Source of the DNA: Candidatus Woesearchaeota archaeon
GTDB lineage: Archaea > Nanobdellota > Nanobdellia > Pacearchaeales > GW2011-AR1
DNA: 64,000 nucleotides
Assembly: GCA_964412025.1 (NCBI GenBank)
Contig: CAYPLY010000003.1
Coordinates: forward strand, 47,659-111,658
Direction: 5' to 3'
Each line of letters opens with the position of its first letter. Position 1 is the first letter of the stretch. Under the pieces are notes generated by a model, which had not been told where the DNA came from, ran no database searches, and saw nothing but the letters and a program-made list of their open reading frames with translations. Shown here one piece after another: positions 29,498 through 39,264 of the stretch. The position numbers and the translations under genes are program-made.

Positions 29498-30856
29498 CTA
29501 AACCCCACCACCTTGATTTAAACTATAAACCCCCCGAATTGTTTTAGTTAGTATTCCTCTCTCTTCCAGAACCTTTAAAGCATTAAAGAAAGAGTTTTTG
29601 GGTTCTTTCTTAAAATCTTCTCTTGCTTTTTTTGTAGTAAAAGTTTCTAAATTTTCTTCTTTAATCCAAATCAATATCTTTTCAGCAATCTTTTCCTCTT
29701 TTGTTTGTGGAACGTAGACTACAGAACTAAACTTGATGAATTCTCCTTCCTTTGCTTCAATTTTTATTTGTAATGGTTCAATTTCTCGCGCATTTCTGCA
29801 TTTTAATTGCTTTAAAATTATATTATTTCCATGTTTTTCACACTTTAAGATAAAAGAAACATAGTTCGGCATATCACTTGAACCTCTTATATCATCCATT
29901 TCATCTCCAGAGTTTCCTTTCTTGTCATGGTGAATTAGAAGAATTGTTAGTTCATACTTGTCAACCAATGGTTGCAGAACGTCAATAAAGAACTTTGAAA
30001 CTTTGTCCGCACTATCTTCCTCAAAGGAGATAACTCTTCTGTAAGTATCTATAATTAGGAGTTTAGGTTTAATCTGGTCCACTATTTTCTCTAATGCGAT
30101 ATAATCTTCAACCTTATCGAGTTTTAATGGCTTAAATATAAAAGAGATGTCTAAATCTTCTTGTCTTCCTAAGCCGTTTTTAATCAAGTCTTTTCTTTCT
30201 TTGATGATTTGAAAGCCGTTTTCTCTATCTACATAAAGAACAATACTCTTTTCTGTTTGATATTTGTTAAATACTGGAAGCCCGAGGCTTACACACGTGC
30301 TAAAAAGTAAAGAAATAAAAGTTTTGAAAGAACCTCTTTTTCCTGTGAGAATTCCAATAGAACGTGCAGGAATTAAACCTTTTGCAATCCAGCCGATTTC
30401 TTTCTCCTTGTAGTTTTTCAAGTCTTTTTCCCAAACAAACTCTAAATCATTGCTTTCTTCTTCAACTTTATTGAAAAGATGAACTAATTCGGGTTTATTT
30501 TCTTTGGACCAATTAACCACCTCTCCAATATTGAAATTTTTTAATTCCCCTTTGTTCACTTTTTTAATCCAACCGAGCAAACCTCCAACCTTCCAACCTT
30601 GAGAAGCATATTTCTTCTTGATTGCCTCAATGTCAAGTTTATTTTGAACAATGTAAACAGCAAAGTTCTTTTCAAGGATTTTATTTAGTTGTCCTTCTGG
30701 AAGTTTTTCATTTAAGAAGATTTCAAAAAAGGAATTTATTCCTTCTGTTTGATTTGAATTAAAACCACTTTGAAAATTTATTTGTAGTTGTTCAGATTTT
30801 TTTAGTTCTTCATTAAATTCTTCCCAAAGGTCTAAAGGAATTTCTTGCTCATGCAT
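29498..30856 (-). CDS. RecA-fold AAA_25-like ATPase (replicative helicase or RepA-like)
   Basis: Walker A GILTGKRGSFKTF and a Walker B-like LLIIDTY...LLIHHDKKG, as in the plasmid/phage primase-associated AAA_25 family. Confidence 0.55.
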   Translation of the reverse strand: MHEQEIPLDLWEEFNEELKKSEQLQINFQSGFNSNQTEGINSFFEIFLNEKLPEGQLNKILEKNFAVYIVQNKLDIEAIKKKYASQGWKVGGLLGWIKKVNKGELKNFNIGEVVNWSKENKPELVHLFNKVEEESNDLEFVWEKDLKNYKEKEIGWIAKGLIPARSIGILTGKRGSFKTFISLLFSTCVSLGLPVFNKYQTEKSIVLYVDRENGFQIIKERKDLIKNGLGRQEDLDISFIFKPLKLDKVEDYIALEKIVDQIKPKLLIIDTYRRVISFEEDSADKVSKFFIDVLQPLVDKYELTILLIHHDKKGNSGDEMDDIRGSSDMPNYVSFILKCEKHGNNIILKQLKCRNAREIEPLQIKIEAKEGEFIKFSSVVYVPQTKEEKIAEKILIWIKEENLETFTTKKAREDFKKEPKNSFFNALKVLEERGILTKTIRGVYSLNQGGGV

Positions 30857-31107
30857 TTCCTCTCCTCCTTTGTTTTAAAATAATCTTTATTCAAAGTTAT
30901 GATATACCCTTTTTCATTAAACGGACTTTTATCATTATGACAATGCGCTATTCTATGCCCCTCTCCCAGTCCATGAAAATGATATTTTTTACAGAAATCA
31001 CAATAAAACTTCATTGCTTCATCAAAAGGGAGGTCTGTTCTCTCTTCGCATAAAATTACTGGAATATTATTTTCATATCCGAGTATTATTGTATTTTTTG
31101 AAGGCAT
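30832..31107 (-). CDS. Small Cys/His zinc-binding protein
   Basis: CDFCKKYHFHGLGEGHRIAHCHN cluster. Overlaps the helicase gene start. Confidence 0.3.
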   Translation of the reverse strand: MPSKNTIILGYENNIPVILCEERTDLPFDEAMKFYCDFCKKYHFHGLGEGHRIAHCHNDKSPFNEKGYIITLNKDYFKTKEERKCMSKKFL

Positions 31108-31287
31108 TTTAATATCCCTCCTTTATAGTTTGAATATCTTTTTTTCCAAGACTAACTCTTTTTCCAAACTTATCTTTTATTTGAAAGAAGAAATTATCTT
31201 CATCTAAAACAACACCTTCATAAACAAAATTATTTGATAGAATTATTACAACCTTTTTTCCAACCAACTCACCCATTTTAAAAAAAA

Positions 31288-31434
31288 TTATTCAGAGACC
31301 TCTTTTAGTTTTAAAATAACAATCATCTTTAGATAGTGAGTTGGTTTTAGTCCATGCTCAAGCGATATTTTCTTTAATAATTCATATTCCGCGTCGGTAA
31401 GGTGAACTCGAACCTCATTTAATCTGTTTTTCAT
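31288..31434 (-). CDS. Ribbon-helix-helix (CopG/MobC-like) DNA-binding protein
   Basis: MKNRLNEVRVHLTDAEYELLKKISLEHGLKPTHYLKMIV has the RHH beta-strand plus two helices. The longest ORF extends to 31512. Confidence 0.4.
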   Translation of the reverse strand: MKNRLNEVRVHLTDAEYELLKKISLEHGLKPTHYLKMIVILKLKEVSE

Positions 31435-31548
31435 AACATCTGGCCGGTAATTTCTCTTTAAAAAATTATATGCCCACAAGAAGCAAAAAAAGCATTTATA
31501 AAATTCAATCACAATAATGTTTAAAATCTAAATTGGGTTTAGTTTTCT

Positions 31549-32589
31549 ATGAAGATTGAAAATATAGATAGTCCAGAAGGACAGGAGTTGATTGACGATA
31601 TATTTACAATATTTGAAAATGAAAGGTTCAGAGAACTAAAAGAGGGTGTTAAAAAAAATGAAGAGTTAAAAAATGCAGAAATTCTAAATAAATTGTATAA
31701 TAAGAATTTAGCAAATGCAGATTATTTTAAGAGTATAATAAAATATACCGTAAATAGCACATCTTGTTCTTATTTGAGTTTTGATTTCTTCTTAAGACAA
31801 AAAGATATTAAAATAGGGTTTGAAGAATTGAGTAAGACTGCACATATGGACGGAGGATATAATACAAATTGGATTAAAGCATATTATAGAATTTATTATC
31901 TTGTAGATAATAATTTTTTTACGAAACAAGAATTGAGAGAAATATTACGATACCTTTTGTGGATACACCAAATTTTTATTAAAAAGATAGCAAAAACATT
32001 TGTTGTTAAAGATACATACTATACCCCCACTCCAGACCAGATATTTAGAGAAAATCTTCAGGAATTATATTATGAATGTGAGAAATTGATTAATTTTAAG
32101 CAGATGGAAATTTTGATTAAAGAAGTGGGAAAAGATATTGATAAAGAAGAGTTTGACCAAGTTATTAATTTGTTAGAAAATACTACTCTTGATAAAGATT
32201 TTAAAGAGGGTTTATTAAAATTGCAAAAATTATACTACGATTCTCAGGATAAAATTGATTTTGCAAAGAATGCTTCAAGCATAAGACCTCTCTTCTCTGC
32301 ACTAATTAAAGATATTGCAATAGACATATCTAAAAAAAATGGAACTACCTTAAGAGAGAATATGCAAGATGAGCAATATAAAGAATATTTGAAAGAATTA
32401 AATATTCTTGGACCTGGAGAAATAGAAATGATTAATGGCCTTTATCAAATGAATAGTAATTATGCTAATCATAAATTTAAGACAGACAAAGATTACTTTA
32501 GAGTTTTATTTAATATGTGTCTTTCAATCGTTGATTTAATTTTAGTAAATTATAATTTTATCATTAAAGAGAAAGATAAGAATGAATAA
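31549..32589 (+). CDS. Hypothetical protein (element-encoded)
   Basis: 346 aa helical protein with no recognisable motif. Confidence 0.35.
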   Translation: MKIENIDSPEGQELIDDIFTIFENERFRELKEGVKKNEELKNAEILNKLYNKNLANADYFKSIIKYTVNSTSCSYLSFDFFLRQKDIKIGFEELSKTAHMDGGYNTNWIKAYYRIYYLVDNNFFTKQELREILRYLLWIHQIFIKKIAKTFVVKDTYYTPTPDQIFRENLQELYYECEKLINFKQMEILIKEVGKDIDKEEFDQVINLLENTTLDKDFKEGLLKLQKLYYDSQDKIDFAKNASSIRPLFSALIKDIAIDISKKNGTTLRENMQDEQYKEYLKELNILGPGEIEMINGLYQMNSNYANHKFKTDKDYFRVLFNMCLSIVDLILVNYNFIIKEKDKNE

Positions 32590-32894
32590 ACACAAAAATA
32601 TGTAATTCATTTTTACAAATTTATAAAAACATATATATTGTAAATTTATCTTTGTTTTTTCACGGTTTCAGAAATTTTTGTTTTTGGTCGGAGAATAAAA
32701 TTATAAGACTTTTCATCTTCACAGATTAATCCAATTACTTTTTGATTAACAATAAATTCATAATCATCAATTTTTATTTTTCCTTTCATTTTTTTGCTTT
32801 TGCCCTCTCTAATAATGAATTTCAAGATAAAGTGGAAATTGTTTCTTCATTGTATAAAAATTATATAAAGACATTTTATAAATGTCGATTAGTT

Positions 32895-34040
32895 TTAGAA
32901 AGTCTTTTGTTGTCCAGATATTTTAAGAGTTAAAGGTAATTGTTCAGTAGAAAACTCTCTTTGAATAAGAACTGCAATTATTTTATCCATGTCTTTTCTT
33001 AGTTCTGCATTCTCTTCTCTTATTTTTTGCATTTGTTCTTCTATCTGGTGTTTCTTCTCTGGTGTAATATCCTTGAAATCATATACTTGTTTTCTCAAGA
33101 TTTTAGTTTTATCCTCTTTACTCATATGAGAATAAACTTTGTCAAACATCTTCTCAGAATGTCTCATGAAACTTATTGCATTATCCTTGCTCATAACATT
33201 TTGTTTGACTAATCTCTGCAATTCTGTTCCTCTCGTGTGCCTTAACAAATAGTTATATTTTGGTTTTCCTAAAACTTTTAATGTTATCTCGTTAAATCTA
33301 TCATTAACTCGCTTTGAAATATACTCGTTTGTATTTTGCGGAGAAGGAAAAACCCACTTTGAAACTATCCCTTCACTTTTTTGTTGCTCTCTGAGTTTTC
33401 TCAAATACTTAGTTGCTAAGTTCAAAGGAATTTCTTCAGTGTGTTCTGTTGCATCTCGGTTCTTCTTAGATGAAACTTTGATATTGCAAAACTCTTCATC
33501 TTCTTCAAAAAAAACATCACTCCACTTTAAACGCCTACATTCACCAGTTCGCAAACCTCCTTCGTATTGGGTGATGAAAAAACATTGATAAAACAAACTC
33601 TTTTCTGCTATCATCAGTTTTTCAATATCTTCTTTCTTTAGAATATCCTCTGAGGTTATCTCTTTCTTTCTCTGAGCATTTGAATTGAAATGTAAGTCTT
33701 CAAGATTGTTAAAGAGTTCACTCCAATTCTTAAACTTCCATTTAATAAACTGCTGAAGATATGCTTTAATTTTATTCTTCGTAAAATCTGCAAATGTAGA
33801 GAGTTTTAACTCTTTCAAGAAATATCTTAAATCTTCTAAATCAAAATCATTAATCTCTTTTCCAGTAACCACTCTAAACCTTAAGATTTCTCGAACTGCT
33901 TCCTTTGTTCTTTCTTCACTTGCAGAAATAAGCAGATAGTCTTTAAACCGCTCAAGAACCTCTTTCTCTTCCCTTGAGAGATGTCTATAGAGTTTCTCTG
34001 AGGTTTTCTCCTTGCTGAATTCAAAAATGGGTTTTCTCAT
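32895..34040 (-). CDS. Tyrosine recombinase / integrase
   Basis: The C-terminal catalytic domain has R (TGECRRLKWSDV), HxxR (LLRHTRGTE) and the Tyr region (KVYSHMS). The N-terminus beyond the Met at 34040 runs into the att repeat and is probably not translated. Confidence 0.8.
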   Translation of the reverse strand: MRKPIFEFSKEKTSEKLYRHLSREEKEVLERFKDYLLISASEERTKEAVREILRFRVVTGKEINDFDLEDLRYFLKELKLSTFADFTKNKIKAYLQQFIKWKFKNWSELFNNLEDLHFNSNAQRKKEITSEDILKKEDIEKLMIAEKSLFYQCFFITQYEGGLRTGECRRLKWSDVFFEEDEEFCNIKVSSKKNRDATEHTEEIPLNLATKYLRKLREQQKSEGIVSKWVFPSPQNTNEYISKRVNDRFNEITLKVLGKPKYNYLLRHTRGTELQRLVKQNVMSKDNAISFMRHSEKMFDKVYSHMSKEDKTKILRKQVYDFKDITPEKKHQIEEQMQKIREENAELRKDMDKIIAVLIQREFSTEQLPLTLKISGQQKTF

Positions 34041-34099
34041 GTCCGGCCCAGCAAGTAACCCTTTAAAAGCATATCTATAACCGCACAATAAAACTACAA

Positions 34100-34207
34100 T
34101 TATACTACAACCGCCAATATTAATGACGCGGTTATAAAAGCAGACTAATCTGCTCAAACCACAACCTAAAAGCATAAATCAGTAGACTTTTAATTCTTTT
34201 TGTTTAG
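34100..34207. repeat. att repeat copy B
   Basis: Same two conserved blocks and a similar spacer as copy A. Confidence 0.8.
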
Positions 34208-34661
34208 CTTTTTCTTCTTTATTTACTTCATTTTCCCACTCAATATCTCCCCTAATAATCTCCTCTAAGAAATCATATAAATTATCACAAGCAAGTTTAT
34301 AATCTTCACAATCGGGGTTTACCTCAAATATATTACACCATCCATTTTTATCCTTAGAAGACAAATTTAGAGATAGAATAAAGTCATCATATCTGCTAAT
34401 AACTAAAAAACTCTTATCTCTTTCAAGACTTCTAATAAAGTTTGTTTCTTCAATAATTTCCTTAATAGAAAGAATATCAAAATCAGAATTAAACAAGTTT
34501 AATTTATAATTAGTAAGATAAATCATAAATTCTTCTGGAAGAGTTATCTTAAGTTTATTTTCTAACAAATCAATATCCCCTTTTGATATTGAATTAGAAT
34601 AAGATATTTTGTTGGGATACAATTTAATTAGTTTATCAAATTCTTGTTTAATATATTTCAT
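34179..34661 (-). CDS. SMI1/KNR4 (SUKH-1)-like immunity protein
   Basis: 160 aa. The LPEEFMIYLTNY motif and overall SUKH-like pattern match this family. It is the only gene between att copies B and C. Confidence 0.4.
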   Translation of the reverse strand: MKYIKQEFDKLIKLYPNKISYSNSISKGDIDLLENKLKITLPEEFMIYLTNYKLNLFNSDFDILSIKEIIEETNFIRSLERDKSFLVISRYDDFILSLNLSSKDKNGWCNIFEVNPDCEDYKLACDNLYDFLEEIIRGDIEWENEVNKEEKAKQKELKVY

Positions 34662-34680
34662 TTTCTAATCCTCCACAATA

Positions 34681-34767
34681 ATACTACAACCGCCAATATA
34701 TGTTCCGATTATGTATTTTTCAGAACTAGAATTACTAAATTAGAAGACTTTTAATTCTTTTTGTTTA
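34681..34767. repeat. att repeat copy C (partial)
   Basis: atactacaaccgccaatat ... agacttttaattctttttgttta; the spacer diverges from copies A and B. Confidence 0.7.
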
Positions 34768-34768
34768 C

Positions 34769-35353
34769 TCAAAAACTAAGACTGCTTGAGCTAGAACAAA
34801 TTTCCGGATTTCCTTCTTCATCCAAAAAATAAACAACAACGTCAACTTTGTTAGGATTTTCCAAATCTTCTTCAGGAATACTTACTCTTATCGTTTCTTC
34901 AAAGATATCTCCAGGAGCATCATAAAAATACTTCCCATTTTCATCATTGCTAAATATCATCTTAACCCCTCCAATTGTATAATCATTTATTCCAGATATC
35001 CTTGAGAGAGTAACATCAAAAACTTCGGGCATTGTTTTTGAAACTTCTGTGGGCATAACTTTTAAACTAATACACCTTTCATGCAAATTTGGGAGACTTC
35101 CCCCTCCTTCATTAACAGTATTTCTAATCCCTATCCAGGCAATACCTATAAGAATCATTAATATAAAGAAAAGGAAGAAAATGCTTCCAATAACAATGGA
35201 AACAATTGCCATCCACTCTCCTTTTTCATGGGTCTTCTTTATTTGAGAAAGAGAAATTATTCCTAAGATAAATCCAACGGGAAAAAATAAAAATGTAAAT
35301 ACAAGTGCTAATATAGCTAAAGTATTATATCTATTCTCCTCTCCCATAACCAA
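34769..35353 (-). CDS. Membrane-anchored secreted protein, pilin-like paralog family member
   Basis: N-terminal hydrophobic helices, then the C-terminal block VFDVTLSRISG...GGVKMIFSNDE...VDVVVYFLDEEGNPEIC shared with 39265..39741 and 20769..21701. Confidence 0.45.
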   Translation of the reverse strand: MVMGEENRYNTLAILALVFTFLFFPVGFILGIISLSQIKKTHEKGEWMAIVSIVIGSIFFLFFILMILIGIAWIGIRNTVNEGGGSLPNLHERCISLKVMPTEVSKTMPEVFDVTLSRISGINDYTIGGVKMIFSNDENGKYFYDAPGDIFEETIRVSIPEEDLENPNKVDVVVYFLDEEGNPEICSSSSSLSF

Positions 35354-35436
35354 AACAATAAATCCTATGATATAAATCTTTCTAAAATAAGAAAGAAACC
35401 TTTAAATAACTAATTTGATTTATTTAGTGAATAGGG

Positions 35437-37854
35437 GTGAACATGGATAAGAAAAAAGAGAAGATTCTATGGTTTAATGAATTGTCAATTGAAGATGTCC
35501 CACTTGTGGGAGGAAAAAATGCTTCTTTAGGAGAGATGTACAAAGAAATTCATAAAAAAGGAGTTAAAGTTCCAAACGGATTTGCTATAACAGCAAATGC
35601 GTATAGATATTTTATTGAAGAAGCGGGAATAAAAGAGAAAATAAAAAAGATTCTTTCAGATTTAAACACTCACGATATGAAAAATCTTTCTGAAAGAGGA
35701 GAAAAAGTAAGAGATGCAATACTCTCAAGTGAATTACCAAAAGACCTTGAAGAAGAAATAATAAGAAACTATGAAAAACTATGCAAAGAATACAAAAGAA
35801 ATAATCTAGATGTTGCAGTTAGAAGTTCTGCAACCGCAGAAGATTTGCCAGATGCAAGTTTTGCAGGACAACAAGAGACTTTCCTAAATATAAAAGGACA
35901 TAAGGCTTTAATAGAATCATGTAAAAAATGTTTTGCATCTTTATTTACAAACAGAGCAATATCTTACAGGGTGGACAAAGGATTTGATCATTTTAGTATT
36001 GCATTATCGGTATGTGTTCAAAAGATGGTAAGAAGCGATTTAGCATGTTCTGGAGTAATGTTCTCTATTGATACAGAATCTGGATTTAAAGATGCTGTAT
36101 TCATTACTTCGTCTTATGGATTGGGAGAAAATATAGTATTAGGAGTTGTAAATCCAGATGAGTACTATGTACATAAACCCACCTTAAAACAAGGATATAA
36201 ACCAATAATCTCAAGAAAGCTGGGAGATAAAATTCAGAAATTAATTTATTCTCATGAGGGAACAAAACCCACAAAAAATGTCTCGGTAGATCCGGAAGAT
36301 AGAAAAAAATTCTCTCTCGAAGATAAAGAAGTGTTACAACTTGCAAAATGGGCATGTATAATTGAAGATCATTATAGCGAAAAAGCAAAAAAATTCAAGC
36401 CTATGGACATGGAATGGGCAAAAGATGGGCAAACAGGAGAATTGTTTATTGTTCAGGCAAGACCCGAGACTGTAAACAGTCAAAAAGATATGAATATACT
36501 TGAAGAATACATTCTAAAACAAAAAGGAAAAATAATTGTGGAAGGAGGGAGTGTTGGATCAAAAATAGGATGCGGAAGAGCAAATGTAATCAAAGACGTT
36601 TCAGGAATTAATAATTTCAAAAAAGGAGAAGTATTGGTAACAGATATGACAGATCCTGATTGGGAACCCATAATGAAAATAGCTTCAGCAATAGTAACAA
36701 ACAGAGGGGGAAGAACCTGTCATGCTGCAATTATCTCGCGTGAGCTAGGAATTCCTTGTGTTGTTGGAACAAACAAAGGAACTGAGAAAATAAAGAAAGG
36801 ACAGAATATAACTGTAAGCTGTGCCGAAGGAGAAAGAGGAAAAGTCTATGAAGGAATATTAAAATATGATATTCAAAAACACAATTTAAAGGAATTAGGA
36901 AAAACAAGAACAAAGATAATGATGAACATAGGTGCTCCGGATCAGGCATTCGAACAAAGCTTCACACCAAACGACGGGGTAGGACTTGCAAGAGAAGAAT
37001 TCATTATAAATTCTTATATTAAGATACATCCGATGGCTTTAGTAAACTACAAAAAAATAAAGGACGAAAAGCTAAAAGATGAAATAGATGAGTTAACTCA
37101 TGGATACAAAGACAAAGAGCAATACTTCATAGATAAACTAGCAGAGGGAATAGGAATGATTGCAGCCGCATTTTATCCAAAGGATGTAATTGTTAGAACC
37201 AGTGATTTTAAAACAAATGAATATGCAAATTTAATAGGTGGAAAAGAATATGAACCAAAAGAAGAAAACCCCATGATAGGATGGAGAGGAGCTTCAAGAT
37301 ATTACAAAAATGAATACAAACCAGGATTTGTCCTAGAATGTAAGGCATTTAAAAAGGTAAGAGAAGAATTTGGATTAAAGAATGTAAAGATAATGATCCC
37401 ATTTTGTAGAACAGTAGAAGAAGGAAAGAAAGTTCTAAAAATAATGGAAGAAAATGGTCTGAAGAGAGGTAAAAATGATTTAGAGGTATATGTAATGTGT
37501 GAAATACCTTCAAATGTAATACTTTGTGATCAATTCTCAAAGATATTTGACGGATTTTCTATAGGAAGTAATGATCTTACCCAATTAACACTTGGATTAG
37601 ATAGAGATTCGTCAATAGTCTCAGATATATACGATGAGAGAAATGAAGCAGTAAAAAGATTAATAGCAGATGTTATAAAAAAATGTAAAACCTATAAAAG
37701 AAAAATTGGGATATGTGGGCAGGCCCCATCAGATTTCCCTGATTTTGCACAGTTCTTAGTTGAATGTGGAATAGATTCCATTTCATTAAACCCTGACACG
37801 GTTATAAAGACAAAAATTGCAATAGCAGAAACTGAAAAGAAATTAAGAAAGTAA
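35437..37854 (+). CDS. ppsA: Phosphoenolpyruvate synthase (pyruvate, water dikinase)
   Basis: 805 aa. ATP-grasp N-terminus, phospho-His domain GGRTCHAAIISRELGIPCVVG, and a C-terminal PEP-utilising TIM barrel (SIGSNDLTQLTLGLDRDS). Confidence 0.92.
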   Translation: MNMDKKKEKILWFNELSIEDVPLVGGKNASLGEMYKEIHKKGVKVPNGFAITANAYRYFIEEAGIKEKIKKILSDLNTHDMKNLSERGEKVRDAILSSELPKDLEEEIIRNYEKLCKEYKRNNLDVAVRSSATAEDLPDASFAGQQETFLNIKGHKALIESCKKCFASLFTNRAISYRVDKGFDHFSIALSVCVQKMVRSDLACSGVMFSIDTESGFKDAVFITSSYGLGENIVLGVVNPDEYYVHKPTLKQGYKPIISRKLGDKIQKLIYSHEGTKPTKNVSVDPEDRKKFSLEDKEVLQLAKWACIIEDHYSEKAKKFKPMDMEWAKDGQTGELFIVQARPETVNSQKDMNILEEYILKQKGKIIVEGGSVGSKIGCGRANVIKDVSGINNFKKGEVLVTDMTDPDWEPIMKIASAIVTNRGGRTCHAAIISRELGIPCVVGTNKGTEKIKKGQNITVSCAEGERGKVYEGILKYDIQKHNLKELGKTRTKIMMNIGAPDQAFEQSFTPNDGVGLAREEFIINSYIKIHPMALVNYKKIKDEKLKDEIDELTHGYKDKEQYFIDKLAEGIGMIAAAFYPKDVIVRTSDFKTNEYANLIGGKEYEPKEENPMIGWRGASRYYKNEYKPGFVLECKAFKKVREEFGLKNVKIMIPFCRTVEEGKKVLKIMEENGLKRGKNDLEVYVMCEIPSNVILCDQFSKIFDGFSIGSNDLTQLTLGLDRDSSIVSDIYDERNEAVKRLIADVIKKCKTYKRKIGICGQAPSDFPDFAQFLVECGIDSISLNPDTVIKTKIAIAETEKKLRK

Positions 37855-37905
37855 GATATAAACTTAATCCGCCAATCTTAAAAACTCCTATTTCTCTTTA
37901 TTCTA

Positions 37906-39126
37906 ATGAACAAATCTGCAAAAAAAATAAAATCGAGTAAATATGAGCTCTTAGCCCCGGCAGGAGATTTTGCAATGCTTACCACAGCAGTTAACGCAGG
38001 AGCAGATGCAGTTTATTTTGGATTAAAGGAATTCTCATTAAGAGCAAACGCAAGAAACTTTGAAATAAAAGATTTAACCAAAATAAATGAAATATGCAAT
38101 AAAAACAAAAATAAAAAAGTAAAAAAATACCTTACTTTAAATTCAATAATTTATACCAATGAACTTCAAAGGATTGAAGAAATATTAAAAAAAGTAAAAG
38201 GAAAAATAGATGCAGTAATATGCTGGGATTTGGGAGTTATTCAATTATGTAAAAAATACAAAATCCCTTTTCATATATCGACACAAGCTTCAGTTTCAAA
38301 TATTGAATCTGCAAAATTCTATAAAAATTTAGGGGCCGAGAGAATAGTCCTTGCAAGAGAATTAAATATTAAACAAATAAAAGAGATAATAAAAAATACC
38401 AACGTTCAAATTGAAGTATTTATACATGGAGCAATGTGCCTTGCTGTAAGTGGACGTTGTCTTATGTCACAATTTTTATTTAACAAATCTGCTAACAGAG
38501 GAGAATGTATACATCCTTGTAGAAGAAATTATACTATAAAAGATACTCAGGAGGGATATGAATTAGAAATTGAAAATAATCACGTATTATCTGCAAAAGA
38601 CTTATGTGTCTTACCTTTTATTGATAATTTAAAGAAAGCAGGGATAACCTGTTTTAAAATAGAAGGGAGAAACAGAGAACCAAGATATTTAGATACAGTA
38701 ATCAGAGTTTATAGAAATGCTCTTGATAAAAAACTAACACAACAAGAAATAAAAGATTCAATTGAAGAACTAAAAAAAGTGTATAATAAAGGATTTTCTT
38801 CAGGATTCTATTTGGGACAACCAACCCCAAATGATTTTTCAAACATTGAACACTCAAGCGCAACAGAAAAAAAGCAATTTGTAGGAAAGATATCTCATTA
38901 CTATCCCAAAATAGGAGTAGCAACAATAAAACTCGTCTCGGAATTAAAAATTGGAGATAAAATAATAGTTATTGGAAAAACAACAGGAATAACCAATTCT
39001 AAGATAGAAGAAATTGAGATAAATAACCAATCAGTTAATTCTGGAAAAAAAGGGCAAGAAGTAGGAATAAAACTTCCATTAGTTAGAAAGAATGAAGAAG
39101 TTTATAAGATAATAAAAGTAAAATAA
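37906..39126 (+). CDS. Peptidase U32 family protein (collagenase-like / tRNA-modification TrhP-like)
   Basis: YELLAPAGDFAMLTTAVNAGADAVYFG...E.GRNREPRY match the U32 signature. Confidence 0.8.
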   Translation: MNKSAKKIKSSKYELLAPAGDFAMLTTAVNAGADAVYFGLKEFSLRANARNFEIKDLTKINEICNKNKNKKVKKYLTLNSIIYTNELQRIEEILKKVKGKIDAVICWDLGVIQLCKKYKIPFHISTQASVSNIESAKFYKNLGAERIVLARELNIKQIKEIIKNTNVQIEVFIHGAMCLAVSGRCLMSQFLFNKSANRGECIHPCRRNYTIKDTQEGYELEIENNHVLSAKDLCVLPFIDNLKKAGITCFKIEGRNREPRYLDTVIRVYRNALDKKLTQQEIKDSIEELKKVYNKGFSSGFYLGQPTPNDFSNIEHSSATEKKQFVGKISHYYPKIGVATIKLVSELKIGDKIIVIGKTTGITNSKIEEIEINNQSVNSGKKGQEVGIKLPLVRKNEEVYKIIKVK

Positions 39127-39264
39127 ATTAATTTACAAATACGATATCATAATTTGAACAAGGTTATGGTTTTACCGTGATAATTAACTTCTTATTATAA
39201 AATTAACAGAATATCCATTAAACAAAAATAAAAAGAATAAAAAAAAGAATAAAAAAATAAAAAA

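Larger units (their letters stand above)
23004..34099. mobile_element. Integrated plasmid or provirus-like element at tRNA-His (about 11.1 kb)
   Basis: Bounded by direct repeats A and B. Carries a tyrosine integrase next to repeat B, a PrimPol-like gene, an AAA_25-like helicase, an RHH protein, a restriction-modification pair and a nuclease/HEPN operon. Confidence 0.75.

Noticed and set aside
31150-31277. 55-aa minus-strand ORF (MGELVGKKVVIILSNNFVYEGVVLDEDNFFFQIKDKFGKRVSLGKKDIQTIKEGY) upstream of 30832..31107
   Set aside because: It may be a real small beta-barrel protein of the element. It is under 60 aa and has no motif I can name, so it is not listed as a feature.
34041-34175. N-terminal 45-aa extension of the integrase ORF
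   Set aside because: The extension runs through att repeat copy B and encodes a hydrophobic, Cys-rich stretch. The Met at 34040 gives a normal integrase N-terminus.
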